Assembly: GCA_003551305.1 (NCBI GenBank)
Contig: PUMJ01000017.1
Coordinates: forward strand, 3,232 to 67,231
Direction: 5' to 3'
From: Candidatus Brocadiaceae bacterium
GTDB taxonomy: Bacteria; Planctomycetota; Brocadiia; SM23-32
DNA: 64,000 nucleotides
The notes beneath the pieces were generated by a model that saw only the letters and a list, made by a program, of their open reading frames with translations, did not search any database and was not told the origin of the DNA. Shown here in pieces: positions 52,941 through 64,000 of the stretch (its first letter is position 1; every line of letters starts with the position of its first letter). The position numbers and the translations under genes were made by a program.

Positions 52941-53352
52941 GGCCGGCGGCCTCCCCGCCGGCGTGGCCGGTATTGTGTGCGGAAAAACCAGTAACCACGG
53001 CGACACGACGACCAAAATGAGAACGAGGACAAGGCCGATGCCCGGGGCGGCCTGTGTGAGCCCCGCGGGAAGGGGCCTCTGAAAGGGGCGGCCCGGGGTC
53101 ATGCTCTCGGGCCTTGTCCTTCGGTCTGGCATTCGTAGCGGAAGCAGGGCCGCGCGGAGGACGTTGCGCATCCCGCGGGCCGCCTCCGCATGGCCGGAGG
53201 GCAAGTCTCGTCGGGTCGGACGGCGAACTCGGCACAGCAGACCGGCCGGTCGTCGAAGGCAACCTGCCTCGGCTTTACACCCCGGGGCCGGGGGCGTATG
53301 ATTGCCCTCAGCAGCGACAGCACTCCGACTCTCCCTCGCAAGGAGGCGCACC

Positions 53353-53649
53353 GTGGTTACAGCTATAGTCCTGATCAACGCCCGGCGCGACATGATCGGC
53401 GAGACTGCGCAGGAACTGACCGAGCTGGACGGCATCTCCGAGGTCTACTCGGTGGCCGGCCTTTATGACCTGGTGGCCATCATCCGCGCCCGGGACAACG
53501 AGCAGATGGCCGAGATCGTCACGGGCAATATGCTCCGGATGGTCGGCATCGAGAAGACGACCACCCTGGTCGCCTTCCGCGCCTACAGTCGGCACGACCT
53601 GGAGCGCATGTTCGCCATCGGCATGGAGGACGAAGAGCCGCCGGCGTAA
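53353..53649 (+). CDS. Stand-alone Lrp/AsnC ligand-binding (RAM) domain protein
   Basis: GTG at 53353 preceded by AAGGAGG (6-nt spacer). About 98 aa matching the C-terminal effector-binding domain of Lrp/AsnC (AIVLINA...VAGLYDLVAIIRARD...MVGIEKTTT), without an HTH. Confidence 0.6.
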   Translation: MVTAIVLINARRDMIGETAQELTELDGISEVYSVAGLYDLVAIIRARDNEQMAEIVTGNMLRMVGIEKTTTLVAFRAYSRHDLERMFAIGMEDEEPPA

Positions 53650-53666
53650 CCACTGTTCGGCAGGGT

Positions 53667-54539
53667 CTATACGTCGCCCGGCGGCGCCCCGTCGGGGGTG
53701 AACAGGTGTGTGGTGTGGTCGCCGGAGCTCATGTCGAGTTCGATGAGCCTCTTGACCCTGTATTCGCTGCCGACGCTGAAGGCGCGGGTTCCGTTGAAGC
53801 ACGCCCTGTCCGGCCCGTGGCGGTGGCCGCAGAAGACGTAACGCACCTTCGGCCAATCCAGCAGCAGCCGCCCGAACCGCTCCGAGCCGAGGTAGGCTCG
53901 GCAGAACTCGAAGGCGGCGTTCGAGTGATCGTAGAGCAGTTCGCGGAAGGGCACGTGGTGCAGGAAAGCCACCACGGTGTGGACGCGCTCTTCGACGGCG
54001 CGGTAAGCGGTCTGCAGCTTGCGCAGGCACCTGTCGGTGAACTCCAGGTCGGTCATCTCCCACTCGATGAATCGGACGTCGTTCCAGACACAGACGCCGG
54101 GCAGTTCCTTGGCTTCGTACTGGTGCAGTGGCACGTTGAGGTCGGCGTTGCGGAAGCTGTAATCGTACCATCCGATGTTGCCGATAAAGCCGACGCGCCC
54201 GAATATCTGCGGGCCGACGTCCAGCATGTGGAAACCGCAGTCGGCGGCCAGGGCGGGCAGCACCTTGCGGTACTTGCCGGCGCTGTCGCTGCCGGCCGTC
54301 CAGAGGTCGTGGTTTCCCGGCACCAGCAGTTTCAGCCCCCGGAAGCTGGCGAACAGGTCCAGGCAGGTCTTGAAGCAGTCGGTGTCGGCATCGGCAACGT
54401 CCCCGCAGAGGGCGAACACGTCCGCGCCCGAATTGCGTACGAACTCGGCGAGCTTCAGGTTGCACTCGTCGCCGGCCGTGTAGAGGCCGAAGTGCAGGTC
54501 CGCCGTCACCAGTATGCGTTCCGGGTCGCCGTTGGCCAT
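53667..54539 (-). CDS. Calcineurin-like metallophosphoesterase
   Basis: ATG at 54539. Metal-binding motifs TADLHFG, CGDVAD, GNHD, GHRH. Confidence 0.7.
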   Translation of the reverse strand: MANGDPERILVTADLHFGLYTAGDECNLKLAEFVRNSGADVFALCGDVADADTDCFKTCLDLFASFRGLKLLVPGNHDLWTAGSDSAGKYRKVLPALAADCGFHMLDVGPQIFGRVGFIGNIGWYDYSFRNADLNVPLHQYEAKELPGVCVWNDVRFIEWEMTDLEFTDRCLRKLQTAYRAVEERVHTVVAFLHHVPFRELLYDHSNAAFEFCRAYLGSERFGRLLLDWPKVRYVFCGHRHGPDRACFNGTRAFSVGSEYRVKRLIELDMSSGDHTTHLFTPDGAPPGDV

Positions 54540-54552
54540 GGTGTGGTCGGGT

Positions 54553-55452
54553 TCAGTCCTCAGGGTCGGGGGGCAGCACCAGGGCGGCCGCGCCAAGCAT
54601 GCCGGCGGCGTCGCCGAGTTCGGCGGGCAGGATGCGCACCACGTTGCGGGTGACCTCGTTGATGTATTTGCGCGCTTCGTGCACCAGCGTCTCGCCGAAC
54701 AGGTCCCAGGCCCGCGCTATCGAGCCGCCCAGCACGAAGACGTCCGGGTCGCCGGCGTTGCTGAGCCAGGCGACGGGGACGGCGGCGTTGCGGCCGAACT
54801 CCCGCCACGTCTCCAGGGCCGTCTCGTCCCCCTCGCGGGCCAGGGCGGCCACCTCTCTGGCGTCGGCCCGGCGGTCGCTCACTTTGGCGTAAGTGCGTGA
54901 TATGCCGCGTCCTGAGACTTTTTCCTCGATCCAGTCGCCCTGGCAGGGCGAGCACCAGATCTCGACGCCGGCCCCATGCGGGCCGCCGTAGATGCGGCCG
55001 CCGATGACCATGAAGGCGCCCATCCCGGTGCCGAGGGTCAGGCCGCAGCAGACTTCGGCGCCCTTGCCGGCCCCGAAGCGTGCCTCGCCCAGCCCGAGGC
55101 AGTTGGCATCGTTGTCCAGCGTCACCGGCAGCTCCAGCGCCTCCGACAGCCGCTCCACCACGGGGAAGCCGTAGAGGGACGGCAGGTTGTTGGGGCTTAT
55201 CAGCACGCCGGCCTTGATATCCAGGGGGGCGGGCGAGCCCAGTCCGACCTGCTCTACGGCGTCGGTGCCGAGGCCTGCCTGTTCCATTGCCTGGCGGACG
55301 GCGGCCACCATGTTGCCCAGGATGGCGTCGGCCTCGCGGTCGGGCTCGGTGGGCAGACGCGCCTCGCCCAGTATTTCGCCGCCGGGGGCCACCACGCCGG
55401 CGTGAATCTTCGTTCCTCCCAGGTCTATGCCGACAACGGGCTTGGAACTCAT
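54553..55452 (-). CDS. ROK family sugar kinase (glucokinase-like)
   Basis: VVGIDLGGTKI ATP motif; ROK zinc region CxCGxxGC-like (CCGLTLGTG...CSPCQGDW). ATG at 55452, 2 nt after the hpt stop. Confidence 0.8.
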   Translation of the reverse strand: MSSKPVVGIDLGGTKIHAGVVAPGGEILGEARLPTEPDREADAILGNMVAAVRQAMEQAGLGTDAVEQVGLGSPAPLDIKAGVLISPNNLPSLYGFPVVERLSEALELPVTLDNDANCLGLGEARFGAGKGAEVCCGLTLGTGMGAFMVIGGRIYGGPHGAGVEIWCSPCQGDWIEEKVSGRGISRTYAKVSDRRADAREVAALAREGDETALETWREFGRNAAVPVAWLSNAGDPDVFVLGGSIARAWDLFGETLVHEARKYINEVTRNVVRILPAELGDAAGMLGAAALVLPPDPED

Positions 55453-55454
55453 GG

Positions 55455-56021
55455 TCACTCCGGTTCTTGAGCGTCCTCAGGCATGCGCAACTCCGCCACG
55501 TAGGGCAGGTGGCGCCAGCGGTTGTCGTGGTCCAGTCCGTAGCCGACCAAGAAGACGTCGGGCACCCCCAGACCGACATAGTCCGGCCGGACGGGGGCCC
55601 GCCGCGGGCGTTGTTTGCTCAGCAGCACGCAGGTCTTCAGGTCGGCCGGGCTCCTGCGGACGACCTCCCTGTGTATGCTTGCGAGCGTGCGGCCCGTATC
55701 CAGCACGCAGTCCACAAGCAGCACGGCCTTGCCTTCGAGGTCGAGCCCGCCCAGGTCGTCCAGCACCTCGACGGTTTCCTGGCGTGTGCCGTTGTAACTG
55801 CGCGCACTGACGAACTCTATCTGCAGGGGCATGGGCAGGTGCCTTACCAGGTCGGCCAGGAAGATGACCACGCCCTTCATGATGCCGAGGACGACGAGGG
55901 GCTGGTGCCGTCCGTGGTCCGCGGCGATCTCGTCAGCCAGCCGGCGCACGGTCGTCCGCAGCTCTTCCTCTGAGGCTACAGGCTGCAGGGCCCGCGGTCG
56001 GGCCGGACACGGCCTTTGCAT
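55455..56021 (-). CDS. hpt: Hypoxanthine-guanine phosphoribosyltransferase
   Basis: PRPP-binding motif VLLVDCVLDTGRT; size and overall pattern. ATG at 56021. Confidence 0.8.
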   Translation of the reverse strand: MQRPCPARPRALQPVASEEELRTTVRRLADEIAADHGRHQPLVVLGIMKGVVIFLADLVRHLPMPLQIEFVSARSYNGTRQETVEVLDDLGGLDLEGKAVLLVDCVLDTGRTLASIHREVVRRSPADLKTCVLLSKQRPRRAPVRPDYVGLGVPDVFLVGYGLDHDNRWRHLPYVAELRMPEDAQEPE

Positions 56022-56159
56022 TTTTCGGACTCCCGGGTTGCAGCTAACTTCACGAAACAGTAACACAGCAGGCCGGTCGGGGCAAGGCGACGCGAATTGA
56101 CGGCTCTGGTCAAGTGGGTTACGATAAACTGCTTATCCCCAGCGCCTACGGAAGCCGTC

Positions 56160-58082
56160 ATGCGAATGGAACTCAGGACAAGGGTCTTCCTTTACTTCGT
56201 GCTGGTGATCGCGCTTTTCGCGGTGCTTTGCGGAGTGATAGGGGCCGTCGTGCTGCACCGGACCACGCTGAACGAGGCTCAGCGCCGCGTGAGCCTGGAC
56301 CTGCGGGCCGGGTGGAACGTCCTGGACAGCCGAATGCAAGGGGTGAAGTCGGTCCTCAGCGTCATCGGCACAGGGCCCCGCGTGCAGTCCATGGCGGACG
56401 GCGCCGACCCGGAGACCTACCGCGCCGAGTTCGAGTCGGCGCGCCGGGACACGGGTCTGGACTTCCTGACCTTCACCGACAATACGGGGCGGGTGCTGTT
56501 GCGAACCCTGGAGCCTCACAATAGCGGCGACGACGTGTCCAGCGATCCGATGGTGCGCTCGGCGCTGCGGGGAGCGGGGATGACCGGCATACAGGTATTG
56601 GGGCCCCACCGCCTGGAGCGAGAGGGGGGCAGATTGCGGGAGACGGCCTATATCCGCTTCGAGGAGACCGCGAAGGCCAAGCCGCGCGTGCAGACCGAGG
56701 AGCACGCCGGCATGGCCCTGATGGTGGCCGTGCCGGCCCGGGACAAGAGCCAGCAGATCGTCGGCACCGTCTACGGCGGCATTCTGCTGAACCGCAACCA
56801 CTCGCTGGTGGACGAGATACGCCACATCCTCTTCGAAGACCAGAAGTATAAGGGCCGTCACCTGGGCACGGTGACCATCTTCCAGTGGGACGTGCGCATA
56901 GCCACCAACGTCCGCACGGCCGCCGGCCATCGGGCCATCGCTACGCGCGTCAGTGAGGAGGTCTACGACCGGGTGCTGGAGAACGGCGAGAGCTGGTACG
57001 ACCGGGCGTTTGTGGTCAAAGACTGGTACATCAGCGCCTACGACCCGATACGCGACGTGGACGATAAAGTGGTGGGCATACTGTACCTGGGCGTTCTGGC
57101 CGAGCGCTACGACGATATCCAGAGGGAGCTGTGGCTCATCTTCGGCGGCCTGTCCCTGGGTGCGGGCGTGCTGGCCGTGGTGATGGGGCTGGTCTTCAGT
57201 GGCCGGTTGACGTCCTCCCTGCACCGCCTGGCGGAGGCGGCGGGGCGGCTTTCGGCCGGAGAGCTTGGCCACCGCGTGCCGGACCCGCCCGCCAACGACG
57301 AGGTGCGCGACCTGACCCGGGCTTTCAACAGTATGGCCGAGAGTCTGGCTGACCGGGACGGCCGTCTCCGCGCGGCCAACGAGGAACTGCAGCAACTCAA
57401 CACCAGCTATCTGGAGATGCTCGGCTTCGTCTCCCACGAGCTGAAGAACACGCTGGGCATCATCTACACGGCCGCCCGCTCGCTGGACGGCGGCCTGATG
57501 GGCGAGCTGACCGAGCCCCAGAAGCGCATGGTGCACAGCATCCGCCGCAGCATTGACTCCGCCGTCGAGATGACGCGCCACTACCTGGACCTGTCCCGAA
57601 TCGAGACGGGGGAGCTTACGGTCGAGAAGGCCCGCATAGACCTGGTGGCGGACGTAATCGAGCCGGTCATGGGAGAGCTGGCCGAAGCCATGGCGGAGCG
57701 GGCCGTAACCGTCGAGGTGGGCATGCCCGACTCGCTGCCTGTGCGCGGGGACGCCGGGCTGCTGCGCGTGGTTTACAAGAATCTGCTTGATAACGCGTTG
57801 AAGTACGGGCGAGAAGGCGGCACAATAAGGCTCTCCTGCGAACAGCAGGACGGGACGGTGACGCTGCACGTCTGGAACGACGGCGAAGGTCTGGAGCCGC
57901 ACGAACTCGCAGGCCTGTTCGAGAAGTTTGCACGGTTCGACGAGGATGTGCGCCGCAAGGGCACCGGGCTCGGGCTGTTCATCACCCGCGACATAGTGCG
58001 CAAACACGGCGGTGACATCCGGGCCGAGTCCCGACACGGAGAGTGGATAGACTTCATCTTTACTTTGCCCGCTGATGGCTGA
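56160..58082 (+). CDS. Sensor histidine kinase (periplasmic Cache-like sensor, HAMP, HisKA, HATPase)
   Basis: Two TM segments flanking a ~300-aa periplasmic domain; HAMP; H-box FVSHELKNTL; N, G1, G2 boxes (DNALKY, GTGLGL). Confidence 0.8.
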   Translation: MRMELRTRVFLYFVLVIALFAVLCGVIGAVVLHRTTLNEAQRRVSLDLRAGWNVLDSRMQGVKSVLSVIGTGPRVQSMADGADPETYRAEFESARRDTGLDFLTFTDNTGRVLLRTLEPHNSGDDVSSDPMVRSALRGAGMTGIQVLGPHRLEREGGRLRETAYIRFEETAKAKPRVQTEEHAGMALMVAVPARDKSQQIVGTVYGGILLNRNHSLVDEIRHILFEDQKYKGRHLGTVTIFQWDVRIATNVRTAAGHRAIATRVSEEVYDRVLENGESWYDRAFVVKDWYISAYDPIRDVDDKVVGILYLGVLAERYDDIQRELWLIFGGLSLGAGVLAVVMGLVFSGRLTSSLHRLAEAAGRLSAGELGHRVPDPPANDEVRDLTRAFNSMAESLADRDGRLRAANEELQQLNTSYLEMLGFVSHELKNTLGIIYTAARSLDGGLMGELTEPQKRMVHSIRRSIDSAVEMTRHYLDLSRIETGELTVEKARIDLVADVIEPVMGELAEAMAERAVTVEVGMPDSLPVRGDAGLLRVVYKNLLDNALKYGREGGTIRLSCEQQDGTVTLHVWNDGEGLEPHELAGLFEKFARFDEDVRRKGTGLGLFITRDIVRKHGGDIRAESRHGEWIDFIFTLPADG

Positions 58083-58102
58083 ATCCCGGAAGGAGGGACA
58101 CC

Positions 58103-58504
58103 GTGGCCGCAATGAAGATCATGCTGGTGGATGACGAGCCCGATTTCGTGGAGGTGACGCAGACCCTGCTGGAGAGCCACAGCTTCGACGTGGTGACCGC
58201 TCACAGCGGTGCCGAGGCCCGCCAGAAAGCCCCCGAGGAGAAGCCGGACCTGATCATCCTGGATGTCATGATGGAGACCCGCACCGAGGGCTTCGACGTC
58301 GCCCGCTGGTTGCGCGAGCGTGAGGACACCGGGCGCATACCCATCATCATGCTCACGGCCGTCAACCAGGAGGTCCCCTGGCGGTTCGAACCCGACGAGA
58401 TGTGGCTCCCCGTGGACACCTTCCTGGACAAGCCGGTCAGCCCGGAGCGCCTGCTGGGCGAGGTCAAGAAGGTCGCTCAGCACGTGGAGGCTGAAGAGCA
58501 GTAG
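58103..58504 (+). CDS. Single-domain response regulator (CheY-like receiver)
   Basis: MKIMLVDDE...DLIILDVMM (phospho-Asp)...IIMLTA...DKP receiver motifs. No output domain. Confidence 0.8.
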   Translation: MAAMKIMLVDDEPDFVEVTQTLLESHSFDVVTAHSGAEARQKAPEEKPDLIILDVMMETRTEGFDVARWLREREDTGRIPIIMLTAVNQEVPWRFEPDEMWLPVDTFLDKPVSPERLLGEVKKVAQHVEAEEQ

Positions 58505-58605
58505 GACGCCGTCCCGCGCCATGTGCGGCCCCGGTGCCGTCCCGCCCGCCGGGGCCGCTGACTGCACGCGCCCGAAGTGCCATATTCCCCGGGAGGGCCG
58601 CCTCC

Positions 58606-59919
58606 GTGGACACGCCGAACATACTCTACCTGCACTCGCACGACACCGGCCGTTACATCAGCCCGTACGGCTACGCCGTCCCCACGCCCAACCTGCAGCG
58701 CCTGGCCGAGGGGGGCGTGCTGCTGCGGCGGGCCTTCTGCACCAATCCCACCTGCTCGGCCAGCCGCTCCAGCCTGCTCACGGGCCTCTACCCCCACAAC
58801 AACGGCATGACGGGGCTGGCCCACCGCGGCTGGCGACTCAACGACTACGGCCAGCACATCATCCATACGCTCCACGAACGCGGCTATCACTCCGCCCTCT
58901 GCGGCGTGCAGCACGTGGCGAGCCACCAGGCGGAAAAGCCGTGGGACACCATAGGCTACAAGGAGCACCTGAGCGAAGGGGCGGAGGAGCGTGATGAACG
59001 CGCCGCCGATTGGCTCAGGAGCGCCCCGCCGCAACTCTTCTTCCTGAGCGTCGGCTTCGTTGAGACGCATCGCCGCTTCCCCGAGCCGGCCTGCGACTGC
59101 CCCGAGACAGACCCCCGCTATGCCCGTCCGCCCGAGGTGCTGACGGACACGCCGGAGACGCGCCACGACATGGCGGCCTACAACACGACAGCCCGCACGC
59201 TCGATGCCAGGATGGGCCTCGTGCTGGACGCGCTGGAGGAGGCGGGGCTCGCCGAGAGCACCCTGGTCATCTGCACCACCGACCACGGCATCGCCTTTCC
59301 CCGCATGAAGTGCAACCTCCAGGACAGCGGCATCGGCGTGATGCTGATGATGCGGGGCCCGGGCCTGCCGCAAGGCGCCGTCGCCGATGGCATGGTCAGC
59401 CACGTGGACGTCTTCCCAACGGTGTGCGACTACCTGGACATCGAGCCGCCGGACTGGCTGCAGGGCGTCTCCTTCCTGCCGCTGCTGCGGGGGGAGGACG
59501 ACGAAGTCCGCGAGGAGCTGTTTGCCGAGGTCAACTATCACGCCGCCCCCGAGCCGATGCGTTGCGTGCGCACCGGGCGCTGGAAGTACATCCGTCGCTG
59601 GGATGACCGGGACTCGCCGGTGCTGCCCAACTGCGACGACAGCCCCAGCAAGACGCTGTGGATGGAGCACGGCTGGAGGGAGATGGCGCCGCCGCGCGAG
59701 GCGCTCTATGACCTCATCTTCGACCCGCATGAGGCGCACAACCTGGTGGGCCAGCCCCGGGCGGAGGAGGCGCTGCAGGAGATGCGCGCCCGCTTGAAGC
59801 GCTGGATGGTGGAGACCGACGACCCGCTGCTGACCGGCCGGGTGCCCGCTCCCGAGGGCGCCCGCATCAACGACCCGGACGGCGTGTCCCCGAGCGAGGA
59901 CACGCACGTGGTGTCGTAG
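58606..59919 (+). CDS. Cys-type sulfatase (arylsulfatase family), apparently cytoplasmic
   Basis: GTG at 58606 with GGGAGGG SD. Sulfatase signature CSASRSSLLTG (C-x-A-x-R, formylglycine site); NILYLHSHDTG metal-binding N-terminus. No signal peptide. Confidence 0.8.
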   Translation: MDTPNILYLHSHDTGRYISPYGYAVPTPNLQRLAEGGVLLRRAFCTNPTCSASRSSLLTGLYPHNNGMTGLAHRGWRLNDYGQHIIHTLHERGYHSALCGVQHVASHQAEKPWDTIGYKEHLSEGAEERDERAADWLRSAPPQLFFLSVGFVETHRRFPEPACDCPETDPRYARPPEVLTDTPETRHDMAAYNTTARTLDARMGLVLDALEEAGLAESTLVICTTDHGIAFPRMKCNLQDSGIGVMLMMRGPGLPQGAVADGMVSHVDVFPTVCDYLDIEPPDWLQGVSFLPLLRGEDDEVREELFAEVNYHAAPEPMRCVRTGRWKYIRRWDDRDSPVLPNCDDSPSKTLWMEHGWREMAPPREALYDLIFDPHEAHNLVGQPRAEEALQEMRARLKRWMVETDDPLLTGRVPAPEGARINDPDGVSPSEDTHVVS

Positions 59920-59989
59920 CAGAACGAGAAGCAGAGCCCGGACCAACTCTCACAACGCGAGCCTCCCGGCCCGGTCCGAAGGCGTCGGG

Positions 59990-61087
59990 CTACTCGCTGA
60001 AGAGCAGGGGGGCGAACTGACGGAGGCACTTGCGCCAGACCTGCCATTCGTGCGCTCCGTCGCACTCGAACCAGCCGTGCTTGATGCCGGTGGCCTCGAG
60101 GGTCTCGTGCATCCCGCGGGCCCCATCGTAGAGCCGGTCCTGTCGGCCGCAGCCCAGCCACAGCAGGCGGAATTGCTCGGCGGCCCGGTCCGGGTCCGCC
60201 AGAACGCCGCCGTAGGAGGTGGCCGGGTCGAAGTCCCTGCCCCCACCGCTGAAAGCGCCCACCGACCCGAACACCTCCGGGTGCCCCAGCCCGATGCGCA
60301 ATGCCTGTCCGGCGCCCATCGAGAGGCCCGCTATGGCCCGGCTCTGTCTGTCGGCGACGGTCCGGTAGCGGTCGTCAATCCGGGGCACCAATTCCTTGAC
60401 GACGACCTCCTCGAAGGCGTTCTCCTCTCGTGACGGGCGGCCGGGGTCGGCAGCGCCGGGGCGGGCGGCGTAGCCGTTGGCCATCACGACGAGCATGGGC
60501 CGCGCGTGCCCTTCGGCCAGCAGGTTGTCCAGGATGAAGTTGGCCTTCCCCTGCCAGGACCAGCACCGCTCGCTCTCCCCCGCGCCGTGCTGCAGGTAGA
60601 GGACGGGACACGCGGCGCCGTCACGGTCGTATCCCGGGGGAGTGTAGACGATAACGCGCCGCAGAGTATCCGTGATGCGGGAGTGGTAGCGGTGCAGCCG
60701 CAGCTCGCCGTGGGGCACGTCTTTCGGGTCGTAGAAGTCGAGTTCGGGGTCGGGCACCTCGACGCCGCCGACGGCCTGCCCCCAGCCCCAGTAAACCTCG
60801 GCGTGGGGATGCAGGCAGCGGGCGCCGTCCACACAGAACTCATAGTAATGGAACCCCGGCCTGACCGGGCCGATGGTAACGCGCCAGACGCCCTCCTCCT
60901 CCTTTTTCATCGGGTATGGGCCCGGGCCCATGCCGTTGTCGTCACCGCGCGGTACGACTTGAACCGACGCGGCTTCCGGAGCGGCGATGCGGAATGTGAC
61001 CCGTTGGTCCGAGTGGACCATGGGTTCCGGCTGGATGTGAGCGGAGGTGAGACCTCCGGCCGGCAGGACTCGGCGGGCAGTTCCCAT
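59990..61087 (-). CDS. Esterase family alpha/beta hydrolase with N-terminal E-set/Ig-like domain (enterochelin-esterase-like)
   Basis: Nucleophile elbow GLSMGAG; C-terminal His region; N-terminal beta-sandwich (VTFRIAAPEAASVQVV). Start ambiguous between 61087 and 61021. Confidence 0.6.
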   Translation of the reverse strand: MGTARRVLPAGGLTSAHIQPEPMVHSDQRVTFRIAAPEAASVQVVPRGDDNGMGPGPYPMKKEEEGVWRVTIGPVRPGFHYYEFCVDGARCLHPHAEVYWGWGQAVGGVEVPDPELDFYDPKDVPHGELRLHRYHSRITDTLRRVIVYTPPGYDRDGAACPVLYLQHGAGESERCWSWQGKANFILDNLLAEGHARPMLVVMANGYAARPGAADPGRPSREENAFEEVVVKELVPRIDDRYRTVADRQSRAIAGLSMGAGQALRIGLGHPEVFGSVGAFSGGGRDFDPATSYGGVLADPDRAAEQFRLLWLGCGRQDRLYDGARGMHETLEATGIKHGWFECDGAHEWQVWRKCLRQFAPLLFSE

Positions 61088-61148
61088 AGGGGCTCCTTGC
61101 AGGCAAAAGGATGCGCAGGCGACCACAGCCCGGAAGAAGGGGGTCGGT

Positions 61149-61544
61149 TCACTCCGGGCCCGCTATCTCCAGGCGGTTGGCGGCACGGGCGAAGGCGGCT
61201 TCAGCGCGGGCCATGTCTATGTCCTCCACACGTTTTTCCAGGCGTTCGGCGGCACGCTCACGCGCGCGGCGCGCGCGGTCCACATCTATGTCGGACTCCC
61301 GCTCGGCCGTATCGGCCAGCACGATGATGCGGTCCTGGAGCACCTCGGCGAAACCGCCGCTGGTGGCCAGGCGCACGGGACCGTCGGCCAGGTCCACCTG
61401 GATGCGGCCCACCCCCAGGGAGCAGACCATCGTTATGTGACCCGGCAGTATCCCGAGTTCGCCGCCCTCGGCCGGCAGCAGCACGTGCTCGACGTCGTCG
61501 GCTTCCAGCACCGTGTTGCGAGGTGTGATGATCCGTATCTCCAC
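61149..61544 (-). CDS. atpC: F0F1 ATP synthase subunit epsilon
   Basis: IITPRNTVLEADDVEHVLLPAEGGELGILPGH is the classic epsilon N-terminal beta-sandwich; followed by a helical hairpin. Confidence 0.85.
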   Translation of the reverse strand: MEIRIITPRNTVLEADDVEHVLLPAEGGELGILPGHITMVCSLGVGRIQVDLADGPVRLATSGGFAEVLQDRIIVLADTAERESDIDVDRARRARERAAERLEKRVEDIDMARAEAAFARAANRLEIAGPE

Positions 61545-61556
61545 GGGCAGTCTTCC

Positions 61557-63894
<2,338 letters not shown>

Positions 63895-63934
63895 TGCTGC
63901 CTAACTCCTGTGGCTGGCTGGGGGGCTCGCCGGT

Positions 63935-64000
63935 TTACTCGTTGTCATCGTCGTCCTCGGCGTCGGCCTCTTCACCCTCTTGCTCGGGCACGAAAGCCTC
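63935..64000 (-). CDS. atpA: F0F1 ATP synthase subunit alpha, C-terminal fragment (gene continues off window)
   Basis: In-frame ...EAFVPEQEGEEADAEDDDDNE* ending at a TAA complement at 63935-63937. Assigned mainly from its position upstream of atpG-atpD-atpC. Confidence 0.45.
   Translation of the reverse strand, partial: EAFVPEQEGEEADAEDDDDNE

Overview
High-GC (~70%) bacterial chromosomal window with dense, mostly well-supported coding. I found no rRNA or tRNA genes, no CRISPR array and no transposase or integrase. Main points, in window order. (1) Positions 3.5-23.5 kb form a single-strand (minus) 20-kb supercluster: an FtsX/MacB-type ABC transporter, three PQQ-like beta-propeller proteins, an NHL propeller lipoprotein, a PhnD-like binding protein, a NapG/NapH-like ferredoxin pair with two small Cys-rich partners, a fused NuoE-NuoF protein, a GltD-like Fe-S flavoprotein, a GT4 glycosyltransferase and a secreted metallophosphoesterase. 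Several junctions are ATGA/TGATG stop-start overlaps. Two further PQQ-like propeller paralogs lie just outside it. (2) A 61-aa gene sits in an AT-rich island with a near-consensus sigma70 promoter, a strong RBS and a perfect bidirectional terminator. By my recollection it resembles the Bdellovibrio-type bacterial histone (HBb/Bd0055, DUF1931). (3) A divergent rtcR (CARF-sigma54 activator) and rsr (Ro60 TROVE+vWA) pair carries a predicted sigma54 -24/-12 promoter but no rtcB or rtcA; a Y-RNA may be nearby. (4) A partner-switching module: a PP2C(SpoIIE)-HATPase fusion plus a STAS antagonist, next to a Mut7-C RNase-domain gene. (5) parB with three parS sites and no adjacent parA. (6) A divergent ThyA-family gene, then rqcH, ychF, surE, a two-component pair, a Cys-type sulfatase, and atpA(partial)-atpG-atpD-atpC at the 3' edge. 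A partial Fic-family gene lies at the 5' edge. ORF-track entries that print M at an ORF start can be GTG or TTG codons; I refined starts to in-frame ATG/GTG with SD-like sequences where visible.
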